This document shows, piece by piece, positions 1 to 5,384 of a DNA stretch of 36,815 nucleotides. The stretch's first letter is position 1, and each line of letters starts with the position of its first letter. Below the pieces are notes generated by a model. The model had not been told where the DNA came from, did no database searches, and worked only from the letters and a program-made list of their open reading frames with translations. A program made the position numbers and the translations under genes. The stretch spans positions 1 to 36,815 of the forward strand of contig JBGAOL010000001.1 of the NCBI GenBank assembly GCA_044221825.1. The letters are read 5' to 3'. Source of the stretch: Gemmatimonadales bacterium. GTDB taxonomy: Bacteria; Gemmatimonadota; Gemmatimonadetes; Gemmatimonadales; GWC2-71-9.

Positions 1-290
1 TCCGCCTCGTCGTCCGCCCGGGGCGGGGCCACCAGCAGCCGCTCGGCGAACTCGAGCCGCTCCTCCACCTCCCGCAGGCGGTGGGCCAAGGTGTCCAGCT
101 CCTCCAGCCGCTCGGCCAGCAACTGTTCGGTCTCTTCCTTTTCCCGGATCGTCTGGTCGCTGCCGAACGCCCCCATGATCCGCTCCGTGCCCCGCCCGAT
201 GGCCCGGCCGATGGGGCCGAGGAGCACCGCCACACTGATGGCCGCGGTCATCATCCAGAATCCGAGCGCCCCGATGCTGTCACCAAACAT
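1..290 (-). CDS. Array member A11 (3' end cut by the window edge): small membrane-anchored coiled-coil protein with an ERLEFAERLL box
   Basis: Hand translation from the ATG at complement 290-288 gives MFGDSIGALGFWMMTAAISVAVLLGPIGRAIGRGTERIMGAFGSDQTIREKEETEQLLAERLEELDTLAHRLREVEERLEFAERLLVAPPRADDEA.., open to position 1. It is not in the ORF track because there is no stop in the window. A CGGAGG sits in the 14-nt spacer after the A10 stop. Confidence 0.7.
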   Translation of the reverse strand, partial: MFGDSIGALGFWMMTAAISVAVLLGPIGRAIGRGTERIMGAFGSDQTIREKEETEQLLAERLEELDTLAHRLREVEERLEFAERLLVAPPRADDEA

Positions 291-304
291 GCCCGCCTCC
301 GGGG

Positions 305-622
305 TCAGCGCGCCGCCGGCAGCGCCTCGGGCGGGGTATCCGCCTCGTCGGGCAGCGCCAGCCGGTCCTGCCGTGTGAGGAGTCGCTCGGTGAAGTCGAG
401 CCGCTCCTCGAGCTCCACCAGACGGATCTCGCGGGCCTCGAGTTCCTGCACCCGCGCCCGGAGCTCCTGCAACTCCCCGGCACCGGCCACCCCGCTCCCC
501 GCCTCGATGCGCCGGGCCCAGGCCCGCACGAGCGGCGTGAGCAGGTACACCGCGGCGAAGGTGATCGTGAAGCCCCCAAGGATGGGACCCAGCCGGTTCA
601 GCACTTCGGGTGAGAAGTCCAT
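305..622 (-). CDS. Array member A10: small TM + coiled-coil protein with an ERLDFTERLL box
   Basis: Track ORF of 105 aa. Hydrophobic helix LGPILGGFTITFAAVYLLTPLV, basic RAWARRIE, heptad-like ELQELRARVQELEAREIRLVELE, then EERLDFTERLL. The ATG lies 3 nt after the A9 stop. Confidence 0.8.
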   Translation of the reverse strand: MDFSPEVLNRLGPILGGFTITFAAVYLLTPLVRAWARRIEAGSGVAGAGELQELRARVQELEAREIRLVELEERLDFTERLLTRQDRLALPDEADTPPEALPAAR

Positions 623-625
623 CGG

Positions 626-916
626 TCACTCTCCGCGTTCGAGGCGGGCGGGATCCTGCTCCCGCTGGCGGACCAGCAGACGCTCCGTGAAATCGAGGCG
701 TTCTTCCAGTTCGTACATCCGTGCCTGCTGACCCTCGAGCTCCTGCACCCGCGCCCGGAGCTCCTCCACCTCCAGCTTGAGCCCCGGATCCGCCCCACCC
801 TCGGGACCGCCGAGCCGCCGGCCCAGGCCCTGCATGATGGGTGTGAACAGCTTGATGGAGCCGATCAGCACCGCGACCGAGACCGCGATGAGCGACATCG
901 TCTCGCCAGGGCCCAT
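626..916 (-). CDS. Array member A9: small TM + coiled-coil protein with an ERLDFTERLL box
   Basis: Track ORF of 96 aa. Helix LIAVSVAVLIGSIKLFTPIM, GLGRRLGG, LEVEELRARVQELEGQQARMYELEERLDFTERLL. The ATG overlaps the A8 stop (TGATG at 914-918). Confidence 0.8.
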   Translation of the reverse strand: MGPGETMSLIAVSVAVLIGSIKLFTPIMQGLGRRLGGPEGGADPGLKLEVEELRARVQELEGQQARMYELEERLDFTERLLVRQREQDPARLERGE

Positions 917-1281
917 CAGCCCTCCTTGCCTGGGGCCAGGCGGCCCGGCTCCGGTTCGCGCTGCTGCACCAGCAGGCGCTCGGTGAAGTCCAGCCGCTCC
1001 TCGAGTTCGAGGACGCGTCCCTGCACCTGTTCCAGCTCCGCGACGCGGGCGTGCAGGTCGGCGATCTCATCCTCCGAGGCCGGGACCTCCCGCTGCCGCG
1101 CGAGGGCCCGGTTCCGCCGCCAGGCGAAGATGAACGTGGACGCGGCGAAAATCCCGAGCACGAGCGGGTCCTCCATCGACGGCCCCGCGATCTCGGCCGC
1201 CATCCCCGCGAGGAAGGCGGTCGCCGTGAAGTGGATCACGAGTTCCACCCCATCCAGGCCGAGGGTCTGCTTGAGGCCCAT
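916..1281 (-). CDS. Array member A8: two-helix variant with an ERLDFTERLL box
   Basis: The track gives a 301-aa ORF (916-1821), but its first 180 aa are Arg/Gly/Pro-rich sequence overlapping A6 and A7 in another frame. The ATG at 1281 lies 2 nt after the A7 stop and is preceded by GGGGAAGGG. It gives 121 aa: MGLKQTLGLDGVELVIHFTATAFLAGMAAEIAG..LVLGIFAASTFIFAWRRNRALARQRE..LELEERLDFTERLL. Confidence 0.75.
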   Translation of the reverse strand: MGLKQTLGLDGVELVIHFTATAFLAGMAAEIAGPSMEDPLVLGIFAASTFIFAWRRNRALARQREVPASEDEIADLHARVAELEQVQGRVLELEERLDFTERLLVQQREPEPGRLAPGKEG

Positions 1282-1283
1282 CG

Positions 1284-1643
1284 TCACCCTTCCCCGGGGC
1301 CGATCCGTTCCGCCTCGCGCTGGCGCACCAGGAGGCGTTCCGCGAAATCCAGCCGCTCCTCGAGCTCCAGCACCCGGGCCTGCCCCTGCTCCAGCTCGGC
1401 CACGCGGTCCTCCAGCTCCATGATCCGCTGGGCCGCGACCTCCCCGGTGCTGGGCTCCCTGGGCTCGAGGGCCGCCCGCTTCCGTCGCCAGGCCAGCACC
1501 CCGAGCGAGGCCAGGAACGCCACCGACACGCCGATCTCCTCCTGCGGCTGGGTCATGGAGCTCAGCATGATGGCGGCCGCGATCGTGGCGCCCGACTGGA
1601 TCAGGAAGTCCACGAAGTCGATCCCCACGTACCGCCGGAACAT
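1284..1643 (-). CDS. Array member A7: two-helix variant with an ERLDFAERLL box
   Basis: Track ORF of 119 aa. Hydrophobic segments SGATIAAAIMLSSM and GVSVAFLASLGVLAW, then WRRKRAALEPRE and VAELEQGQARVLELEERLDFAERLL. It is the closest paralog of A8. The ATG overlaps the A6 stop (TGATG at 1641-1645). Confidence 0.8.
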   Translation of the reverse strand: MFRRYVGIDFVDFLIQSGATIAAAIMLSSMTQPQEEIGVSVAFLASLGVLAWRRKRAALEPREPSTGEVAAQRIMELEDRVAELEQGQARVLELEERLDFAERLLVRQREAERIGPGEG

Positions 1644-1930
1644 CAGGGCGCACCCGGGCCGAGCCGCTCGGCCTCCCGCTGCTGCGTGAGCAGCCGCTCG
1701 GCGAAGTCGAGTCGCTCTTCGAGCTCGGCCACCCGGCCGCGCAGCGCGTCGGACTCATCCAGCCGCGCCCGTAGGTCCGCCACCTCGGCCTCGAGTTCGG
1801 GCGTCGCGCCGGCCTTGCCACGCTCCAGCCGCTTGACGGTCACGTTCACGAACGCGATCACCGCATACACCGACGCGCCCGCCATGCCCATCCCGGCGAA
1901 GACGCCGAACAGCTTGATGAACTCGTCCAT
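1643..1930 (-). CDS. Array member A6: small TM + coiled-coil protein with an ERLDFAERLL box
   Basis: Track ORF of 95 aa. Helix LFGVFAGMGMAGASVYAVIAFVNV, KRLERGK, LEAEVADLRARLDESDALRGRVAELEERLDFAERLL. The ATG overlaps the A5 stop. Confidence 0.8.
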   Translation of the reverse strand: MDEFIKLFGVFAGMGMAGASVYAVIAFVNVTVKRLERGKAGATPELEAEVADLRARLDESDALRGRVAELEERLDFAERLLTQQREAERLGPGAP

Positions 1931-2292
1931 CAGGCCTCCCCCGGCCGAAGGCGCTCCGGCTCACGCTGCTGCGCCAGCAGCCGTTCGGTGAAGTCCACCC
2001 GCTCCTCCAGCTCCATGACCCGGTGCTGCAGCTGGTCCACCTCGGCGAGGCGGGCCCGCAGGTCCTCGACTTCCTGCCGCAGGGCCGGGTCCGCGGAGCC
2101 CTTGCCTTCGATCCGCCGGCCCAAGGCCCGCATCAGGGGCCACAGCACCACCGTGCAGGCCGCCAGGAACCCGAGCGTAATCAGCATGATCACGGGCGCG
2201 GGCATCACTTCCCATGGCGCCGGCGTGTGGGGGAACTGCGGCATCGGCGGCAGCTGTGGCGGCTCCGGGACCTGCACCACCACCTGCCACAT
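1930..2292 (-). CDS. Array member A5: Pro-rich N-terminus, TM, coiled coil and an ERVDFTERLL box
   Basis: The track ORF 1930-2847 (305 aa) was trimmed to the ATG at 2292, which overlaps the A4 stop (TGATG). This gives 120 aa: MWQVVVQVPEPPQLPPMPQFPHTPAPWEVMPAPVIMLITLGFLAACTVVLWPLMRALGRRIEG..VMELEERVDFTERLL. An alternative start at the internal Met (MPAPVIM) is possible. Confidence 0.7.
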   Translation of the reverse strand: MWQVVVQVPEPPQLPPMPQFPHTPAPWEVMPAPVIMLITLGFLAACTVVLWPLMRALGRRIEGKGSADPALRQEVEDLRARLAEVDQLQHRVMELEERVDFTERLLAQQREPERLRPGEA

Positions 2293-2552
2293 CACGAGTC
2301 GCCCCCCGACAGCGATTCGCTCTCCCGCTTGGCGGTGAGCAGCCGCTCGGCGAAGTCCATGCGCTCGTGCAGCTCCGACACCTCGAGGCGCAGGCGCTCC
2401 ACTTCCTCCAGCAGGGCCGGGTCGCCGGTCCCGGCGACTCCCATGGGGCCGTGCCGGATCCGGTCGCTGATGGCCCGGCCGATGTCCGTCTTGGACAGCG
2501 CGATCAGCATGCCGCCGCCGAAGACGATGATGATGAAAAGGGCCCCTTCCAT
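2292..2552 (-). CDS. Array member A4: small TM + coiled-coil protein with an ERMDFAERLL box
   Basis: Track ORF of 86 aa. MEGALFIIIVFGGGMLIALSKTDIGRAISDRIRHG..LLEEVERLRLEVSELHERMDFAERLL. The 9-nt spacer after the A3 stop reads TAG-GAGGCGCGG-ATG, which contains a Shine-Dalgarno site. Confidence 0.8.
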   Translation of the reverse strand: MEGALFIIIVFGGGMLIALSKTDIGRAISDRIRHGPMGVAGTGDPALLEEVERLRLEVSELHERMDFAERLLTAKRESESLSGGDS

Positions 2553-2561
2553 CCGCGCCTC

Positions 2562-2813
2562 CTACTGCCCGTCGGGCAGCTGCTCGGCCTCGCGCCCGCG
2601 GGCCAGCAGCCGCTCGGTGAAGTCCACTCGTTCCTGCAGTTCCGTCAGCTCCTGCCGCATCCGGTCCAGCTCCTCGTAGACCGCGGGGTCGCCCTCGGGG
2701 ATCTCGCGGTGGCCGCGGATGCGGTCGGCGATCGCCTTGCCCACCGGGCTGAAGGAGATCGCGATGGTGGCGCCACCGCCAAAGATCATGATGAGTGCGA
2801 CGATGTCTTCCAT
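2562..2813 (-). CDS. Array member A3: small TM + coiled-coil protein with an ERVDFTERLL box
   Basis: Track ORF of 83 aa. MEDIVALIMIFGGGATIAISFSPVGKAIADRIRGH..ELDRMRQELTELQERVDFTERLL. The ATG overlaps the A2 stop (TGATG at 2811-2815). Confidence 0.8.
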   Translation of the reverse strand: MEDIVALIMIFGGGATIAISFSPVGKAIADRIRGHREIPEGDPAVYEELDRMRQELTELQERVDFTERLLARGREAEQLPDGQ

Positions 2814-3085
2814 CAGGCCCCCTCGCCGGGCGCACCCGAGCGGTCACGGATCATCAGGCGCTCGGTGAACTCCAGCCGCTCCTGCGTCTCGGCCAGTTGC
2901 TGCTGCAGGTGGTCCACCTGGTCGCGGAGCGCATCCACGGCGGCGATCAGGTCGGGATCGCTCCCGGCCGGCACCCGACGGGCATCCGCCCAGGTCTTCA
3001 CGATCTTGACGATGCCCCACGTCATCATGCCGGTGACGATGATGCCGGTGAACATGCCCAGGATGGGAATCACCTCGGGAAGCAT
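2813..3085 (-). CDS. Array member A2: small TM + coiled-coil protein with an ERLEFTERLM box
   Basis: Track ORF of 90 aa. Helix IPILGMFTGIIVTGMMTWGIV, KIVKTWADARR, AAVDALRDQVDHLQQQLAETQERLEFTERLM. The ATG lies 2 nt after the A1 stop. Confidence 0.8.
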   Translation of the reverse strand: MLPEVIPILGMFTGIIVTGMMTWGIVKIVKTWADARRVPAGSDPDLIAAVDALRDQVDHLQQQLAETQERLEFTERLMIRDRSGAPGEGA

Positions 3086-3087
3086 GG

Positions 3088-3366
3088 TCAGCCTCGGGGA
3101 AGCTGTTCGGGAGTGCGGCCGTGGGCCAACAGGCGCTCGGTGAAGTCGAGCCGTTCGTGCGTCTCCGCCAGTTCCTGGCGAACCCCGTCCAGCTCGTGCC
3201 GGAGCTCCGCCACCTCGCCGCGCAATGCGTCCACCTCGGCCCCGGCGCCGCCCCCGCCCGTCCGGATCCGGTGGGCGATGGCCTTCCCGATCTCCGAGCG
3301 GGAGACGAACACCGCCCCCACGGTCAGGAAGAAAGTCATGGGAATCAGGACTTCGGGTCCGGACAT
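3088..3366 (-). CDS. Array member A1 (first gene of the array): small TM + coiled-coil protein with an ERLDFTERLL box
   Basis: The track ORF 3088-3594 (168 aa) was trimmed to the ATG at 3366, giving 92 aa: MSGPEVLIPMTFFLTVGAVFVSRSEIGKAIAHRIRTGGGG..LRGEVAELRHELDGVRQELAETHERLDFTERLL. The discarded upstream part overlaps the 3' end of sdaAA and the spacer and has no family features. Confidence 0.75.
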   Translation of the reverse strand: MSGPEVLIPMTFFLTVGAVFVSRSEIGKAIAHRIRTGGGGAGAEVDALRGEVAELRHELDGVRQELAETHERLDFTERLLAHGRTPEQLPRG

Positions 3367-3455
3367 CCTCGGCCTCGGCAACTCTTGATTGATCGGATCA
3401 CCAGCGCGGCTCCCCGGCTTCCACCGGGTCAGGGCAGTACGGAGAGATGTTTCAG

Positions 3456-3484
3456 CCTGTTTCATAGGAAAACAGGTCTGTTTT
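3456..3484. promoter_or_regulatory. Three-arm inverted repeat in the lower-GC spacer between sdaAA and the array; candidate terminator and/or leader structure
   Basis: cctgttt (3456-3462) pairs with aaacagg (3470-3476). aaaacag (3469-3475) can alternatively pair with ctgtttt (3478-3484). A T-run follows on the plus strand. It lies 4 nt downstream of the sdaAA stop and about 90 nt upstream of the A1 start. Confidence 0.3.
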
Positions 3485-3487
3485 CGG

Positions 3488-4375
3488 TCAATTCTTGGAC
3501 TTCCCCTTGATCTGGACCAGCCGCTCCCGGGCCAGCTTCCGGCCGGTTGGAGTGGCGGCCAGGCCGCCCCCGGCGGTCTCGCGGTAGCGGACATCCATGC
3601 TCCGGCCGATCTCCCCCATGGTGTCGATGACCTCGTCCACGGGGATCGGGAAGCGGACGCCCGCCAGGGCCATCTCGATGCCGGCGAGGGCCATGGCGGC
3701 GCCGGTGGCGTTCCGGTAGACGCAGGGCACCTCGACGAGCCCGCCGAGCGGGTCGCAGACGAGGCCGAGCGTACCCTGCATGGTCAGGGCCACGGCGTGG
3801 AGCGCCTCCTCAGGGGTCCCACCGAGCAATTCGACGCCGGCACCCGCCGCCATCCCGGCCGCGGCGCCCGTCTCCGCCTGGCAGCCGCCCTCGGCCCCGG
3901 AAAGGGAGGCGCGCACCGCCACCACAGCACCGATGAGCCCCGCGGTGGCGAGGGCGCGAACCAGCGCCTCGTCGGTCACCTCCCGATGGCCGGCGAGACC
4001 GAGCAACACGCCGGGCAGCACCCCGGCGCCCCCCGCGGTCGGCGCCGCAACGATGACGCCCATCGCCGCGTTCACCTCCTGCACCGCCAGCGCCCGGGCA
4101 ATGGCATCGGTGAAGACGGTGCCGCTGAGCGGGCCCTTGGGATGGGTCATCCGCTGGGCGTCACCGCCGACGAGTCCGCTGACACTCTTGAAGTCGCCGG
4201 GGAGGCCCTGGTCCACGGCGCCGCGCATCACCTTGAGGGCGCGGGCGAGGGCCGTCTCCACTTCCGCGCGGGTGCGAAGCCCGGCGTCCGCCTCGGCGCG
4301 GAGGGCCACCTCGCCGAGGGAGATGCCGTCGCGCTCCGCCTCGGCAAGGGCGTCGGCCAGGGCGGTGATCCTCAT
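3488..4375 (-). CDS. sdaAA: L-serine ammonia-lyase (iron-sulfur dependent), alpha subunit
   Basis: Track ORF of 295 aa with the composition and motifs of the SDH alpha family: GVIVAAPTAGGAGVLPGVLL, SLSGAEGGCQAETGAAAGMAA, LGLVCDPLGGLVEVPCVYRNA. The ATG overlaps the stop of the beta subunit gene (ATGA at 4372-4375). Confidence 0.9.
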   Translation of the reverse strand: MRITALADALAEAERDGISLGEVALRAEADAGLRTRAEVETALARALKVMRGAVDQGLPGDFKSVSGLVGGDAQRMTHPKGPLSGTVFTDAIARALAVQEVNAAMGVIVAAPTAGGAGVLPGVLLGLAGHREVTDEALVRALATAGLIGAVVAVRASLSGAEGGCQAETGAAAGMAAGAGVELLGGTPEEALHAVALTMQGTLGLVCDPLGGLVEVPCVYRNATGAAMALAGIEMALAGVRFPIPVDEVIDTMGEIGRSMDVRYRETAGGGLAATPTGRKLARERLVQIKGKSKN

Positions 4376-5037
4376 GCGATCCTCGGGATGGAGCGGAGGA
4401 AGCGGACCGCCGACAGGGCGCGGATGGCCTGCATGGCTTCCTCGCTGGCGGGGCGGTCCAGCTCGTAGATGTGGATGGCGTCGCCGCCCTTCTTGGCGCG
4501 GCTCACCTTGAGGGTGGCGAGGTTGTCGCCCTGGCGGGCGAGGGCGCCGGTGACGGAGGCCACGATGCCCGGGGTGTCCTTGGCCACGAAGACGAGCGCC
4601 GGGAAGGCGCCCGTCACCTCCACGCCGTAGCCGTCGATCTCGGTGATCTGGATCCGGCCCGCCCCGAGGGAGGAGCCCACCACCACGGCCTTCCGGCCCT
4701 CGCGCAGGAGCGTCAGGCGCGCCGTGTTGGGATGGTGCTCGCCGCGGAGCTTGGTGTTCTCGAAGGTGAGCTGGATGCCGGCCTGCTCGGCCAGCTCGAG
4801 GCTCTGGCGGAGCCGCTCGTCGTCGGGCGGGAAGCCGAGGAGGCCACCGGCGATGGCGCGGTCGGTGCCGTGCCCGGTGCCGGTCCGGGCAAAGGAGCCG
4901 TGAAGCTCCACCAGGGCCGTCTCGGGCTGGCCGCCGGCCATCTCACGCGCAAAGAGCCCGATCCGGCAGGCCCCCGCCGTGTGTGACGACGAGGGGCCCA
5001 CCATGACCGGGCCGATGATGTCGAGGAGGGAAACCAT
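4372..5037 (-). CDS. sdaAB: L-serine ammonia-lyase (iron-sulfur dependent), beta subunit with a C-terminal ACT-like domain
   Basis: Track ORF of 221 aa. The N-terminus MVSLLDIIGPVMVGPSSSHTAGACRIG is the hallmark of the SDH beta family. The C-terminal part (PALVFVAKDTPGIVASVTGALARQGDNLATLKVSR) is ACT-like. Confidence 0.9.
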   Translation of the reverse strand: MVSLLDIIGPVMVGPSSSHTAGACRIGLFAREMAGGQPETALVELHGSFARTGTGHGTDRAIAGGLLGFPPDDERLRQSLELAEQAGIQLTFENTKLRGEHHPNTARLTLLREGRKAVVVGSSLGAGRIQITEIDGYGVEVTGAFPALVFVAKDTPGIVASVTGALARQGDNLATLKVSRAKKGGDAIHIYELDRPASEEAMQAIRALSAVRFLRSIPRIA

Positions 5038-5093
5038 GGGCCAAACCTATAGGGGAGCGTGGGAAAGGGAAACGCGCCCCGGTTCCCGCGGGC

Positions 5094-5309
5094 TCAGATC
5101 AGCTCCACCTCGCGGATCTCGCCCAGGCTCATGGCGATCTCGGTGCTGTCGTCGTCGAGGGGGTGGAGGTAGACCTCATGGGCGGTGATGTGAGTATCCA
5201 CGCTGGTGGGAATGCCGGTGACTTCGTGGCGGTCGGCGGTCACGATCCGCACCGCGCGTTCGTTGCTGTTGGCGAAGCCCAGGACGGCGACGATCTGCTC
5301 GTAGGTCAT
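5094..5309 (-). CDS. Small hypothetical protein (71 aa) downstream of the kinase gene
   Basis: The track ORF 5094-5384 was trimmed to the ATG at 5309, which is preceded by a strong AAGGAGGA Shine-Dalgarno site (encoded as ..NKEDA in the longer ORF). Product: MTYEQIVAVLGFANSNERAVRIVTADRHEVTGIPTSVDTHITAHEVYLHPLDDDSTEIAMSLGEIREVELI. I recognise no family. Confidence 0.55.
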   Translation of the reverse strand: MTYEQIVAVLGFANSNERAVRIVTADRHEVTGIPTSVDTHITAHEVYLHPLDDDSTEIAMSLGEIREVELI

Positions 5310-5384
5310 GGCGTCCTCCTTGTTCAGGGGCAGTCCCGAATGTAGGGCGTGAAGCGCGGAGGGTCGAGGCGCATTTGCGGTCAC

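Larger units (their letters stand above)
1..3366 (-). repeat. Tandem array of at least 11 paralogous small genes (A1 at 3088-3366 is first in transcription order, A11 at 1-290 is last); may continue beyond the left window edge
   Basis: Eleven head-to-tail minus-strand ORFs share the same architecture. The box-coding DNA (consensus about cgctcggtgaagtcgagccgctcctc on the plus strand) is centred near 50, 397, 692, 988, 1347, 1706, 1993, 2356, 2622, 2868 and 3143. Gene junctions are 1-nt overlaps or gaps of 2-14 nt. Confidence 0.85.

Noticed and set aside
1-3366. A ~30-nt motif recurring every 246-363 nt, considered as a CRISPR-like or non-coding tandem repeat
   Set aside because: Spacing is irregular. 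Copies differ mostly at synonymous codon positions. Each copy sits at the same place in an ORF with a start, a Shine-Dalgarno site and a stop. It is therefore a conserved peptide box, not a DNA repeat array.
916-3594. Long versions of three array ORFs (916-1821, 1930-2847, 3088-3594)
   Set aside because: The upstream extensions overlap neighbouring array genes in another frame and are Arg/Gly/Pro-rich. Internal ATGs placed 0-2 nt from the upstream stop reproduce the family architecture.
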